Below, piece by piece: positions 17,457 through 27,649 of a DNA stretch of 47,124 nt (positions are counted from its first letter, which is position 1; every line of letters begins with the position of its first letter). The position numbers and the translations under genes were made by a program. This DNA comes from Acutalibacteraceae bacterium (GTDB taxonomy: Bacteria; Bacillota; Clostridia; Oscillospirales; Acutalibacteraceae). The notes below the pieces were generated by a model. That model had not been told where the DNA came from and did not search any database. It was given only the letters and a program-made list of their open reading frames with translations. Location: positions 1 through 47,124 of the forward strand of contig JAZPXM010000152.1 in assembly GCA_045543675.1 (NCBI GenBank), in the 5' to 3' direction.

Positions 17457-19091
17457 ATGAAGCAAAGCAAAAAATGGTTACTTCTCGGTTTTACGGTATT
17501 GCTCTTGGTGGTGTTTACGGTAACCGTATTCGCCGCCACCGAAGGCGCCGCCGCTGAAACCAACCCCTTTATTTCCACCTTCTGGTCTTTGGTACCGCCG
17601 CTGGTCGCTATCGTGCTGGCGCTGATTACCAAAGAGGTGTACAGTTCCCTGTTTGTGGGTATCGTTGTAGGCGCGTTGTTCTACAACAACTTTAACGTGG
17701 TAGGCACTATCGATACGATGACCCAGGCGGGTCTTATCGACGCAGTTGCGGGTACCGCCGGTATCTTCGTGTTCTTAGTGCTGCTCGGCGTTATGGTGGC
17801 ACTTATTAACCGCGCAGGCGGTTCTGCCGCATTCGGCCGTTGGGCACAGACCCATATCAAAAGCCGTGTCGGTGCGATGCTTGCCACCTTTGTACTCGGC
17901 GTGCTGATTTTCATCGACGACTATTTCAACTGCCTGACCGTCGGTGCGGTGATGCGTCCCGTGACCGATGCGCAGAAAATCTCTCGCGCAAAGTTATCCT
18001 ACTTGATCGACGCTACGGCGGCACCGATTTGTATGATCGCTCCCATTTCTTCCTGGGCGGCGGCAGTATCCGAATATACCAAAGGTGTTGTCGGTACAAA
18101 CGGTGAAGAAATTTCTTCGCTCGCGCTGTTCTGCAAAGCCATCCCCTATAACTTCTACTCTTTGCTCACTTTCGTGTTCATTATTGCTATCGCGCTGATG
18201 AAATTCGATTACGGCCCGATGAAAAAGCACGAAAAGAACGCGCTGGAAAACGGTGACCTGTTCACCTTCGGCGGCGCTGTCACCGGTGGCGAAACAGCAG
18301 AAGAAGGTAACTCGAAAGGTAAAGTTATTGACCTTATCCTGCCTATCGTTTTGTTGATCATCGTGTCTGTTCTGGCGCTCATTTACGTCGGCGGCTTCTT
18401 TGGCGGTGACTATAACGGCGACTTTATCGGCTCGTTCGGTAACACCGATGCGACTGTCGGCTTACCGCTCGGCGGCATTTTGGTGTTGGTTATCACCGTT
18501 ATCTACCTGATTGCCCGCCGTCTCGTATCTTTCAAAGATGCTATGGCGTGTGTGCCCAAGGGCTTTATCGCAATGGTACCCGCTATTTTGATTCTCACCA
18601 TGGCGACCGCACTCAAAAATATGACCGGTCTGTTGCAGTCCGACGTATTTGTAAAGAATGCTTTGGCGAATGCAGGTGCGTTGCACAGCTTCCTGCCCGC
18701 TATCATCTTTCTGGTGGCGTGCGGCATCGCGTTTGCCACCGGCACTTCCTGGGGTACCTTTGGCATCCTTATCCCGATCGTGTTGGCGGTATTCCCCGCA
18801 GGCAGCGAACTGATGATCATCGGTATGTCCGCGTGTCTTGCCGGTTCCGTTTGCGGTGACCACTGCTCGCCCATTTCGGATACCACCATTATGTCTTCCG
18901 CAGGTGCACAGTGCGAACACGTCAATCACGTGTCCACCCAGTTGCCGTATGCATTGACCGTAGCATGTATCTCCTTTGTGTGCTACATCGTTGCGGGCTT
19001 CGTGCAGAGCTGGTTTATCGTTCTGCCTATCGGCATTGTGCTGACCTTGGCGACTTTGTTTGTTATCAAAGCCGCGACCAAAGGTAAATAA
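17457..19091 (+). CDS. NhaC-family transporter (LysW-like candidate lysine transporter)
   Basis: Polytopic protein of Na+/H+ antiporter NhaC type. The ATG at 17457 follows GGAGGG, and the gene lies directly behind an L-box. Confidence 0.8.
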   Translation: MKQSKKWLLLGFTVLLLVVFTVTVFAATEGAAAETNPFISTFWSLVPPLVAIVLALITKEVYSSLFVGIVVGALFYNNFNVVGTIDTMTQAGLIDAVAGTAGIFVFLVLLGVMVALINRAGGSAAFGRWAQTHIKSRVGAMLATFVLGVLIFIDDYFNCLTVGAVMRPVTDAQKISRAKLSYLIDATAAPICMIAPISSWAAAVSEYTKGVVGTNGEEISSLALFCKAIPYNFYSLLTFVFIIAIALMKFDYGPMKKHEKNALENGDLFTFGGAVTGGETAEEGNSKGKVIDLILPIVLLIIVSVLALIYVGGFFGGDYNGDFIGSFGNTDATVGLPLGGILVLVITVIYLIARRLVSFKDAMACVPKGFIAMVPAILILTMATALKNMTGLLQSDVFVKNALANAGALHSFLPAIIFLVACGIAFATGTSWGTFGILIPIVLAVFPAGSELMIIGMSACLAGSVCGDHCSPISDTTIMSSAGAQCEHVNHVSTQLPYALTVACISFVCYIVAGFVQSWFIVLPIGIVLTLATLFVIKAATKGK

Positions 19092-19106
19092 TTTTTAAAA
19101 AATACC

Positions 19107-19145
19107 AAAAATTCCCTTTCACGTTAGGTGAAAGGGAATTTTTTT
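19107..19145 (+). terminator. Rho-independent terminator after the NhaC-family gene
   Basis: aaaaattccctttcac / gtgaaagggaattttt stem followed by a T-run. Confidence 0.85.
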
Positions 19146-19173
19146 ATGGATATACTGTGTAGGGGTGATAAAA

Positions 19174-19431
19174 ATGAGAGATAGTGAAAACAAAGCGATC
19201 GAGCAGATGCGCACCACCGAAATGGCATTAGCGGAGATCGCGGGTATGCCGGAAGATGCCTTTGCCATGTTGCATAAATACGGCACCTACAATATCCAAC
19301 CTACCGCTGAATCGGGTAACGAATTTCCGGAAATTGCGCAAGGCATAACATCGCAAAAAACGCATAGAGAGGTCAACCCACATCTTAACGAGCCAATGGG
19401 TTATATGCGCCGCCGCAAAAACAAAAAATAA
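19174..19431 (+). CDS. Hypothetical small protein
   Basis: ORF with the RBS AGGGGTGA 5 nt before the ATG at 19174. No motif was recognised, and the C-terminus is basic (RRRKNKK). Confidence 0.45.
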   Translation: MRDSENKAIEQMRTTEMALAEIAGMPEDAFAMLHKYGTYNIQPTAESGNEFPEIAQGITSQKTHREVNPHLNEPMGYMRRRKNKK

Positions 19432-19477
19432 CCATCGTACGGGCGACCATCGGTCGTCCGAAATAAAAACAACCGAT

Positions 19478-19512
19478 AAAAAAGGAAGGCATTTACACAA
19501 TGCCTTCCTTTA
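19478..19512. terminator. Bidirectional terminator
   Basis: aaggaaggca / tgccttcctt 10-bp stem flanked by an A-run and a T-run, between convergent genes. Confidence 0.75.
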
Positions 19513-19518
19513 CATACA

Positions 19519-21288
19519 TTATTTATAACGGTTTACATACAGCAACGGATTGACGCGTGAGCCGTTACGGATAACTTCGAAATGCAGATGCGGACCACTG
19601 CTGCGTCCCGTCGAGCCAATAAGACCAAGCGTCTGTCCGCGGCTGACCTTCTGACCGGTTACCACATACAGCGTGTGGCAATGCGCATACAGCGTTTGCA
19701 GACCGTTCGCGTGCTGTATTTTTACCATATAACCGTAACCGCCTGCGTTCCAGCCTGCAAACACCACCGTGCCGCCGTCCGCGGCAATAAACGGTTTTCT
19801 GTTTACGGTGACAGGCCCATTACAAATATCCAACGCATAATGACCGTATCCCCAACCGCGGGACATATTGCGGCAAATAGGCACCGGCCACAGCATACTG
19901 CCGGTAGAAACACCGTCACCCACCGTGATATTGCCGCCGCTGGAGTTGACCACCTTTTTCGTGCCTACCACAACCACTTTCGTGACGGGTTGTTTGGTCA
20001 CTTCAATAGACAGAATGGTTTTACTCTGTTGCACACCGTCTACGTAGGTGATTTCGGCGGTCACGTCCTGACTGCCTTCCACACCGCGCACTTTCACCTT
20101 CTCGTACGTCACCAGTTTGGTGTTATCGTACTCTTTCTCGGTGGTGTAGTCGATTTTTTCGGTGTACTGTACGGTGCGCACCACTTTCACGCGCAAGAAC
20201 GGCTGTGGACGCTGTACCATTAACGGTTCCCCGTCATAAATCACGTCGTTTTTCACGTCGGGATTCATCGTGCGCAATTCGTTTATGGTCATATCGTACT
20301 TACGCGCAAGGGAACTTAATGTATCGCCCGGTTGTACGATGTGCTCTTTCTTAACAACCGCTTGCGCTGTAAGTTTTTCTTTCATTTTTTCGGCTGTCAT
20401 CACCGATTCGGTTAGATATAACCCATCGGAAACGGTAACGTCTTGAATAAATTCCGCACGTTCGTTGTCACCGCCGTCGCAGTAGGTCTTCTTAATAGCG
20501 TCTAACACACCGTCAAGTTCTGCACGGGATTTCATAGATCCTACAAACTTGCCGTCTACGTACAGACCGCTCGCTTCGCTGATCGCATCTCCTTTTGTGC
20601 GAAGAATCTCATCGCACAAAGCAGAAGTGTCCATCAACGGTGCCGCGTGCAACAGTTTTACGCGCATAGTCGGCGTATCGCTGATGGTAAATTCACCGTC
20701 TTCGCTATACACGCGTTCGCGGGCAAGGTCAGCCGCCGCCATATACGTACCTTCATCCGCAATATAGCCGACGTCTACGCCTTCGTATTCCACACGGATA
20801 CCGAAATCAGCGGTGGTCCAATACTGTACGGTCATCACCAACACCAAAACCGCCAAAACAGGCGCCACGGCAGATGCCGTCCGCCCTATTACCGCGGGAT
20901 AACGGCGGGCAAAGGTACGTACGCAACCGCAAAAATCGGCAATCGCCTTTGCAGGCTTTTCTTTGAAAGGGGTGCGCGGTGTGGCAAAGGATACCTGTAC
21001 CCCCGTTTTAATGCCGCGCACTTTTTGCCAGAATTCACGCAAACGGTCGGAGAAATTGCGGTGAAACCAACTCAGCAACCAACCACGCATCGGACGGGTC
21101 TCTCTGCGAATATGCCGCCACACACGGCGCAGTTTTGAAACGGTGAAGATGCCCACCGCATAATTCCATTTATACAATTTATTATGCAGACGTAACAGCG
21201 CTTCCCGCACGCGGTTCGTCTTTTGTTTTTTCGGTTTTTTCTCTTTGGTCTTTACCGCCACGGGCGCGCCTCCTTTCATCTCAAACAT
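19519..21288 (-). CDS. Membrane-anchored LysM + M23 family metallopeptidase (cell-wall endopeptidase)
   Basis: The TM segment is VAPVLAVLVLVMTV, and the LysM domain is IVQPGDTLSSLARKYDMTINELRTMNP. The M23 core is GYGHYALDI...HANGLQTLYAHC...GSTGRSSGPHLHFEV. The ATG at 21288 (MFEMKGG) follows AGGTGG. Confidence 0.85.
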   Translation of the reverse strand: MFEMKGGAPVAVKTKEKKPKKQKTNRVREALLRLHNKLYKWNYAVGIFTVSKLRRVWRHIRRETRPMRGWLLSWFHRNFSDRLREFWQKVRGIKTGVQVSFATPRTPFKEKPAKAIADFCGCVRTFARRYPAVIGRTASAVAPVLAVLVLVMTVQYWTTADFGIRVEYEGVDVGYIADEGTYMAAADLARERVYSEDGEFTISDTPTMRVKLLHAAPLMDTSALCDEILRTKGDAISEASGLYVDGKFVGSMKSRAELDGVLDAIKKTYCDGGDNERAEFIQDVTVSDGLYLTESVMTAEKMKEKLTAQAVVKKEHIVQPGDTLSSLARKYDMTINELRTMNPDVKNDVIYDGEPLMVQRPQPFLRVKVVRTVQYTEKIDYTTEKEYDNTKLVTYEKVKVRGVEGSQDVTAEITYVDGVQQSKTILSIEVTKQPVTKVVVVGTKKVVNSSGGNITVGDGVSTGSMLWPVPICRNMSRGWGYGHYALDICNGPVTVNRKPFIAADGGTVVFAGWNAGGYGYMVKIQHANGLQTLYAHCHTLYVVTGQKVSRGQTLGLIGSTGRSSGPHLHFEVIRNGSRVNPLLYVNRYK

Positions 21289-21384
21289 ATACCACCTATG
21301 CATTATACACCCTTTTTGGAAAAAAGGCAATAAAAAGGGGCTATATTTGTAACGATTGCACAAACCGCACCCCTAAATTTTAGC

Positions 21385-21418
21385 AAAAACAACCGCCACC
21401 GTATGTTTTCGGTGGCGG
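21385..21418 (-). terminator. Terminator after the BMP lipoprotein gene
   Basis: ccgccacc / ggtggcgg stem with a U-run when read on the minus strand. Confidence 0.65.
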
Positions 21419-21468
21419 TAATGGCATTTTTTTGTATATTTTTGTACAAACACAAAAAGCGGTATACT

Positions 21469-22620
21469 TTAATTTTCTATCACCGTAACACCCTGCATCC
21501 ACCAATCCATACCGCTTAAGGTTTCGTCAGTGGGGATACCTGCGCCTGCAGGAATACGGATATTTCCTTCCGCGTCTTTGACAGCGGTCGGGGTTTCGGC
21601 GAAAGTCGCTACCGTGCTGTCCCACGCCAGTTTTACGCCTGAGAACACGTCCCATTGCCCTTTCATGAAAAAGGTCTTTGCGGCATCCGGCACGATATAC
21701 CCGTCCGCGCTGTCTTCTTCAAAGCCGTTTTCACCTTGTAAAAACCCGTCGGCATATCCAACACGCATATGATTATAGTACGGTGTCTTTCCGGAAAGCA
21801 CCGCCTGGAACGTATCTACCATTTGACCTTGATGCCGTATCTCTACACGGTATGCAACGTTGTCGGTATTGGGTCGCCCGTACACCGTGTACAGCCGCAT
21901 ATTGCTCTCCTTTGCATAGTCGACGGCTTCTTTGCTGTCCACCGTTATCAGAACACCCTCACATTCTTTGTGGACCAGTTGGGATAACGGCGATGCGTAA
22001 TCTGTTGTCCCCTTTGCTGCGGTCACAAATAAGGTGGCCTGCGGCTTTCTCACCTGCGCACCGAGCAAAAAGGCGTTAGCCATTTGATGCGTTTCGGGCG
22101 TGGTCAGATCTTCTGCCAACATACCGAGTTTGCCTGTTTTGGCAAATCCGCCTGCAACCAAACCGCAAAGGTAGGCGCCCTCATACGTTTTGACGTGATA
22201 CGCGTAATAGTTCGGCAACGACGCGTCCGCGTCCCCTATCTGCACAAAGGTGACCCGCGGATATTTTGCCGCCAGTTTTTTCATCACGGGCGCGTATCCC
22301 GCTTCGGCACCGAAAACAATGCTATACCCGTCTTGGATGTAGGTGACGGCGGCCTTTTCCGTAAAACTGCTGTCGCTTTCGGCAATGCCGTCACATACTT
22401 CATATTGTTCTTCCTGCAACCCCATCATTTGTGCCGCGGTTTGCAACTGGGTCTCGTACGCCGCCGCCTGCGACGTTTCATCTTCTGCGTTTCCGTCGCA
22501 AATGACCACGATTTTCACCGTTTCTTCGTCTATTTTCTGCGGCGTCGGGTCACCGCAAGCGGTCAGAGATATCAAAAAACAGATCGCAAGCAATATACAC
22601 ATATACCGTTTCATACGCAC
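21469..22620 (-). CDS. BMP-family (PnrA/Med-like) ABC substrate-binding lipoprotein
   Basis: The lipobox is LTACGD, and BMP-type blocks are present (DGYSIVFGAEAGYAPVMKKLAAKYPRVTFVQIGD, YEGAYLCGLVAG). Confidence 0.75.
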   Translation of the reverse strand: MRMKRYMCILLAICFLISLTACGDPTPQKIDEETVKIVVICDGNAEDETSQAAAYETQLQTAAQMMGLQEEQYEVCDGIAESDSSFTEKAAVTYIQDGYSIVFGAEAGYAPVMKKLAAKYPRVTFVQIGDADASLPNYYAYHVKTYEGAYLCGLVAGGFAKTGKLGMLAEDLTTPETHQMANAFLLGAQVRKPQATLFVTAAKGTTDYASPLSQLVHKECEGVLITVDSKEAVDYAKESNMRLYTVYGRPNTDNVAYRVEIRHQGQMVDTFQAVLSGKTPYYNHMRVGYADGFLQGENGFEEDSADGYIVPDAAKTFFMKGQWDVFSGVKLAWDSTVATFAETPTAVKDAEGNIRIPAGAGIPTDETLSGMDWWMQGVTVIEN

Positions 22621-22691
22621 ACTCCTTTGACTGCTATTTTACTGTATTTCTGCATATCGCGCAACCTTTTTTTGAAAATATCACTTTTCCG

Positions 22692-22721
22692 TTGCGTTTT
22701 TATATGTAATTATGTTATACT
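22692..22721 (+). promoter_or_regulatory. Possible promoter for the DUF951/prfA transcription unit
   Basis: TTGCGT, an 18-nt spacer, then TGtTATACT as an extended -10. Confidence 0.4.
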
Positions 22722-22753
22722 GATTATATATATGCTTTGAAAGGTGGGAAACT

Positions 22754-22933
22754 ATGGATATTCAGGTCGGCGATACCGTTACCATGAAAAAGCCGCATCC
22801 TTGTGGCAGTAAAGCATTTCACATTCTGCGTGTAGGGATGGATTTCCGCCTGCGTTGTGTCGGTTGCGGACACGAATTCTTAGCGCCCCGTCATAAAATT
22901 GAAAAAAACATCAAAGAGGTCAAACGGTTGTAG
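22754..22933 (+). CDS. DUF951-family small protein (59 aa), absent from the supplied ORF track
   Basis: My own translation is MDIQVGDTVTMKKPHPCGSKAFHILRVGMDFRLRCVGCGHEFLAPRHKIEKNIKEVKRL. It has the KKPHPCG...C..CG pattern typical of DUF951. The RBS is AAGGTGGG. Confidence 0.75.
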   Translation: MDIQVGDTVTMKKPHPCGSKAFHILRVGMDFRLRCVGCGHEFLAPRHKIEKNIKEVKRL

Positions 22934-22974
22934 CGTGGTTTTCTTTTCAAAATTATTTTTAAGGAGAAACCAGT

Positions 22975-24048
22975 ATGGCTGTTGCGAATCTACAAGATAT
23001 TGAAAACCGCTTTGAAGAAATAGAACGGCGGTTATGCGACCCTACCGTTATCGCGGATACCGCACGGTATCAAGCGTTGCTGAAAGAATCGGCTTCTTTG
23101 GCACCCTTGGTCGAAACGGTGCGGGCTTTGAAAGCGGCCGAACAAACGGTGGAAGATGCTACCGCTTTGCTTGCCGAGCCGGATTTAGACAAAGAAATGA
23201 AAGAACTCGCCAAGGAAGAACTGCACACCGCCAAAGAGGACGTCGCGCGGCTACAACAGCAGTTGAAGATCTTATTATTGCCGAAAGACCCTTTAGATGA
23301 CCGCGATATTATTGTGGAGATCCGTGCGGGTGCGGGCGGCGAAGAATCGGCACTGTTTGCCGGATCTTTATACCGTATGTACAGTATGTACGCCGAAAAA
23401 CAAGGTTTTTCCACCGAAGCGGTCAACATCAACGAGACCGCATTAGGCGGGTGTAAAGAAGTGTGTTTTTCGGTCAGCGGTACGGGCGCTTACAGCCGTT
23501 TTAAATTTGAAAGCGGTGTGCACCGCGTACAGCGTGTGCCCGAAACCGAAACGGGCGGCAGAATTCACACATCCACCGTCACGGTGGCGGTATTGCCCGA
23601 AACCGACGAAGTGGAAGTGGAAATTCGGCCTTCGGATTTACAGATCGACACGTTCCGCGCCAGCGGTGCGGGCGGTCAGCACATCAACAAGACCGACTCT
23701 GCTATCCGCATCACCCACCTGCCGACAGGTATGGTGGTAGAATGTCAGGACGAGCGCAGTCAGTTTAAAAACAAAGACAAGGCAATGCGTGTGTTGCGCG
23801 CCCGTCTGTTTGAGCAGGAACAGCAAAAACAGCACGAAGCCACCGCCGCCGACCGCAAAGCGCAGGTTGGTACGGGTGACCGCAGTGAACGCATCCGCAC
23901 CTATAATTTCCCGCAAGGTCGCGTCACCGACCACCGTATCGGGTTGACGTTATACCGTATTGACAGTATTTTGGACGGCGACCTTAATGAAATTATCGAT
24001 GCGCTTATCACAGCGGACCAGACCGCGAAGTTACAGGAGGCGGAATGA
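22975..24048 (+). CDS. prfA: Peptide chain release factor 1
   Basis: GGQ motif ([23 protein letters not shown]) and an RF1-type block ([17 protein letters not shown]). Confidence 0.95.
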   Translation: MAVANLQDIENRFEEIERRLCDPTVIADTARYQALLKESASLAPLVETVRALKAAEQTVEDATALLAEPDLDKEMKELAKEELHTAKEDVARLQQQLKILLLPKDPLDDRDIIVEIRAGAGGEESALFAGSLYRMYSMYAEKQGFSTEAVNINETALGGCKEVCFSVSGTGAYSRFKFESGVHRVQRVPETETGGRIHTSTVTVAVLPETDEVEVEIRPSDLQIDTFRASGAGGQHINKTDSAIRITHLPTGMVVECQDERSQFKNKDKAMRVLRARLFEQEQQKQHEATAADRKAQVGTGDRSERIRTYNFPQGRVTDHRIGLTLYRIDSILDGDLNEIIDALITADQTAKLQEAE

Positions 24049-25067
24049 TGGATACCCGTTTACTCACCGCCGATTGTGACGGCATTAAAACGGCAGGTGC
24101 CTTATTACAAAGCGGCGCACTTGTCGCCATCCCCACCGAAACGGTATACGGTTTAGCCGCAAACGCTATGGACGCTACGGCGGTCTCCCGTATTTTTGAA
24201 GCAAAAGGCAGACCGGGAGACAACCCCCTTATCGTACATATTGCGGACATAGCGGATTGGGAAACACTTGTTACCCATATACCCGAAAAAGCCAAAGCGC
24301 TCGCTGATGCCTTTTGGCCGGGACCGCTTACCGTGATCTTACCCGCCGCACCGTGTATTCCCAAAGAAGTGACCGCCGGGCTTACCACCGTCGCGGTGCG
24401 CTTTCCTGCACATCCCGTGGCAAGGGCAGTTATTACGGCATCGGGTTGTCCGTTAGCGGCGCCGTCCGCCAACCGTTCGGGTTCACCCAGCCCCACCACC
24501 GCCGCACGGGTAATGGAAGATATGGACGGGCGGATTGCCGCTGTGTTGGACGGCGGCGACTGTGACGTTGGGGTGGAATCCACCGTTATCGATATGTCTA
24601 CCGACACACCTCGTTTGTTGCGTCCCGGTGGGGTGACCCCCGACCAGTTGCGCGCGGTGCTCGGCGACCTTGTGATAGACCCTGCGGTAACCGCCGCTTT
24701 GCAAGAAGGTGCAAAAGCCGCATCCCCCGGTATGAAATACAAACATTACGCGCCGAAAACACGGGTGGTGTTAGTGAAAGCCAACGCCGAAAAATTCGCC
24801 GCGTTTGTGAACAGTAAAAAGGACGAGCGTCCGCTGGCATTGACCTTTGACGGAGAAGAGACCGCACTTTGTGTGCCGTTTCTCACCTACGGTGCCAGAA
24901 ACGACCACGCCGCACAGGCAAGGCAGGTGTTTGACGCCTTGCGCCGTGCAGATGATATCGGCGCCACCGTGATGTATGCCGCGTGTCCCACTCCCGACGG
25001 GGTAGGGCTTGCCGTGTACAACCGTTTACTGCGTGCCGCCGCTTTTGAGGTGATTACACTTGATTAA
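24045..25067 (+). CDS. tsaC: L-threonylcarbamoyladenylate synthase (Sua5/YwlC type)
   Basis: YrdC-domain blocks ([39 protein letters not shown]) plus a C-terminal Sua5 domain. There is a 4-nt overlap with prfA. Confidence 0.9.
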   Translation: MMDTRLLTADCDGIKTAGALLQSGALVAIPTETVYGLAANAMDATAVSRIFEAKGRPGDNPLIVHIADIADWETLVTHIPEKAKALADAFWPGPLTVILPAAPCIPKEVTAGLTTVAVRFPAHPVARAVITASGCPLAAPSANRSGSPSPTTAARVMEDMDGRIAAVLDGGDCDVGVESTVIDMSTDTPRLLRPGGVTPDQLRAVLGDLVIDPAVTAALQEGAKAASPGMKYKHYAPKTRVVLVKANAEKFAAFVNSKKDERPLALTFDGEETALCVPFLTYGARNDHAAQARQVFDALRRADDIGATVMYAACPTPDGVGLAVYNRLLRAAAFEVITLD

Positions 25068-25662
25068 AATCGGGCTTACGGGGCCTACGGGCGCGGGAAA
25101 ATCCACCGTTGCCGCCTATCTTGCCGCGCACGGTTTTCCCACCGTCAACGCAGATGCCGCCGCACGGGAAGTTACTGCCGTCGGTTCCCCTACCCTCTCC
25201 CTTTTGGCAGATGCTTTCGGGCGGGACATTCTGCTTCCCGACGGGTCGTTAGACCGCAAAGCGCTTGCCGCCCGTGCATTTGCGGATACAGCGGCAACCG
25301 CCCGCTTAAATGCCATTACCCACCCTGCCATTATCGCTGTAATGAGCGAAAAAACCGCCGCGTTACAAGCGGCAGGCACTACGGCGGTTATTATAGATGC
25401 GCCGCTGTTATTTGAAGCGGGTATTGACAAGACCTGTGACCACACGGTAGCGGTAATCGCACCCGACGACCTGCGTTGTCAGCGTATTATGGCGCGTGAC
25501 GGTATCACCGCTGACGCCGCCAAACTGCGTATGCGAGCACAGCCGCCGGTCGCGTTTTACAAAGACCGTGCGGAATGGATAGTGGAAAACAACGGCGACC
25601 ACGCCGCGCTGTTACAGCAGGCGCAAGCGCTGTGTGAACAGATAGGCAGGTGGTGCACATGA
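25060..25662 (+). CDS. coaE: Dephospho-CoA kinase
   Basis: IGLTGPTGAGKST P-loop and a CoaE-like length. The TTG start overlaps the tsaC end. Confidence 0.85.
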   Translation: MIKIGLTGPTGAGKSTVAAYLAAHGFPTVNADAAAREVTAVGSPTLSLLADAFGRDILLPDGSLDRKALAARAFADTAATARLNAITHPAIIAVMSEKTAALQAAGTTAVIIDAPLLFEAGIDKTCDHTVAVIAPDDLRCQRIMARDGITADAAKLRMRAQPPVAFYKDRAEWIVENNGDHAALLQQAQALCEQIGRWCT

Positions 25663-26234
25663 GTCGTGCCCGCCGTGTGTTAGCACTCATTTTACTTGCC
25701 GCAGTTATTTTGGCGGGGTTATGCTCACTGGTGTTTATGGGGTATCGCAAATATCTGTACACCGCGTATCCGCTGGAATATACAGACTATATTTTTGAGA
25801 TAAGTGAAGAATACGACGTGACGCCGTCGTTGATCTGTGCGGTCGTTTGCACCGAAAGTCATTTTATCCCTACCGCAAAATCCCACGCAGGTGCCGTCGG
25901 GTTGATGCAGTTGACCCCCGCCACATTCCGTTGGGCGCAGACACGGGCAGGTGTGAAAAGCCCTTTGCCCGAAACCGCACTCACCGACCCGGAAACAAAC
26001 CTGCGGTACGGCACGTACACGTTAAAACTGCTGCACGAAATGTTTGAAGACCCGATAGCGGCTTTAGCGGCATACAATGCAGGTCAAGGTACCGTCACCA
26101 AATGGTTAAAAGACCCTGCCTATTCTACAGACGGTGTGCACTTGGACACCATTCCGTATAAAGAAACCGCCGATTACGTTAAAAAAGTCAAAAATGCACA
26201 AACTATATATAAAGATCTATATGGCATTCATTGA
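25659..26234 (+). CDS. Membrane-anchored lytic transglycosylase (SLT domain)
   Basis: An N-terminal TM segment and an SLT motif (TESHFIPTAKSHAGAVGLMQL...AYNAG). The ATG at 25659 forms an ATGA overlap with the coaE stop. Confidence 0.85.
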   Translation: MSRARRVLALILLAAVILAGLCSLVFMGYRKYLYTAYPLEYTDYIFEISEEYDVTPSLICAVVCTESHFIPTAKSHAGAVGLMQLTPATFRWAQTRAGVKSPLPETALTDPETNLRYGTYTLKLLHEMFEDPIAALAAYNAGQGTVTKWLKDPAYSTDGVHLDTIPYKETADYVKKVKNAQTIYKDLYGIH

Positions 26235-26248
26235 AAGGAGTGTTTTTT

Positions 26249-27634
26249 ATGACCGACCGGTTAAGAGAAAATCTTTGTTACGAGACCAAACACGCTGTAA
26301 AAGCGTTGGACGCCGCCGAAATACAGGCGGCGCAGATGTACGCTGAGGGGTACAAGCGTTTCCTGAACAACGCGAAAACCGAACGGGAAGCGGTGTCGGT
26401 GGCGGTAGCGCTCGCCGAACAACACGGCTTCCGTCCGTTTGACCCCGCAGACAGTTTTAAAGCGGGTGACAAGGTATATGTCAATAACCGCGGCAAAGCC
26501 CTTATTCTTGCGGTAATCGGTGAAAAACCGCTCGCTGACGGCGTTTCCATTGCCGCCGCGCACATTGATTCTCCCCGTTTGGACTTAAAACCCAATCCGC
26601 TGTACGAAGACAGCGATCTTGCATATTTTGATACCCATTATTACGGCGGTATCAAAAAGTATCAATGGACTGCCATCCCGCTCGCTTTACACGGTATCGT
26701 TATCAAAAAAGACGGTGAAGCGGTCACCGTTTGTATCGGCGAAGCGGCAGACGAGCCCATTTTCTGTGTCACCGACCTGCTTCCCCACTTGGGCAAAGAC
26801 CAGATGAAGCGAGAAGCCGCCGAAGTGGTAAAAGGCGAAGACTTAAACCTGCTTATCGGCTCGTACCCCTTAAAAGACGGCGAAGGTAGTGACCTTGTAA
26901 AACTCAACATCTTAAAAATTCTTAACGAGAAATACGGCATTGTGGAAGCGGATTTTGTTTCCGCAGAATTGGAGATCGTGCCTGCGTTCCCCGCGAAAGA
27001 TTTGGGCCTTGACCGCAGTATGATCGGCGGTTACGGACAGGATGACCGCGTATGCGCATATCCCGCGCTTACCGCGTTGTTAGCCACCGACAAGCCGCAG
27101 TATACCGCCGTGACCATTCTTGCTGACAAAGAAGAGATCGGTTCGGAAGGTAACACTGGATTGCAGTCGGCGTTCCTTACCTATTTCATCGAAGATCTGG
27201 CCGCCGCGTGCGGCACCACCGCCAGAGCGGTATTCTCCAATTCCCTTTGCCTTTCCGCCGACGTGAACGCGGCGTTTGATCCCATCTATCCGGAAGTGAT
27301 GGTGAAATCCAACGCTTGCCAGCTAAACCGCGGCGTTTGCATCACCAAATACACGGGTGCCCGCGGTAAATCCGGCAGTTCGGATGCATCTGCGGAATTT
27401 ATGGGTGTTGTCCGCCGTTTCCTGGATGCGGGAGACGTTTTGTGGCAGACGGGCGAATTGGGCAAAGTGGATGCAGGCGGTGGCGGTACGGTTGCCGCAT
27501 ATATCGCCAATTTAAACGTAGATACCGTTGACTTAGGCGTGCCTGTGCTGTCTATGCACGCACCGTTTGAAGTGGTATCCAAAACCGACGTGTATATGGC
27601 GCACAAAGCATTCTCCGCGCTGTTTGATCGATAA
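26249..27634 (+). CDS. M18-family aminopeptidase
   Basis: AAHIDSPRLDLKPNP, GYGQDDRVC, DKEEIGSEG and SMHAPFE blocks. The ATG at 26249 follows AAAGGAG. Confidence 0.85.
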   Translation: MTDRLRENLCYETKHAVKALDAAEIQAAQMYAEGYKRFLNNAKTEREAVSVAVALAEQHGFRPFDPADSFKAGDKVYVNNRGKALILAVIGEKPLADGVSIAAAHIDSPRLDLKPNPLYEDSDLAYFDTHYYGGIKKYQWTAIPLALHGIVIKKDGEAVTVCIGEAADEPIFCVTDLLPHLGKDQMKREAAEVVKGEDLNLLIGSYPLKDGEGSDLVKLNILKILNEKYGIVEADFVSAELEIVPAFPAKDLGLDRSMIGGYGQDDRVCAYPALTALLATDKPQYTAVTILADKEEIGSEGNTGLQSAFLTYFIEDLAAACGTTARAVFSNSLCLSADVNAAFDPIYPEVMVKSNACQLNRGVCITKYTGARGKSGSSDASAEFMGVVRRFLDAGDVLWQTGELGKVDAGGGGTVAAYIANLNVDTVDLGVPVLSMHAPFEVVSKTDVYMAHKAFSALFDR

Positions 27635-27649
27635 AGCGGGGTTTTCAGT

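Noticed and set aside
24008-24742. 244-aa minus-strand ORF opposite tsaC, and similar antisense ORFs at 45903-46772, 40875-41675, 42062-42712, 33297-33902 and 22084-22740
   Set aside because: Each one overlaps a confidently identified gene on the other strand. All lack an RBS and motifs, and their composition is typical of antisense frames in GC-rich coding DNA.
22975-25067. prfA followed directly (4-nt overlap) by tsaC without an intervening prmC
   Set aside because: This is a gene-order variant of a housekeeping cluster. prmC may simply be elsewhere, and the arrangement is not informative without the whole genome.
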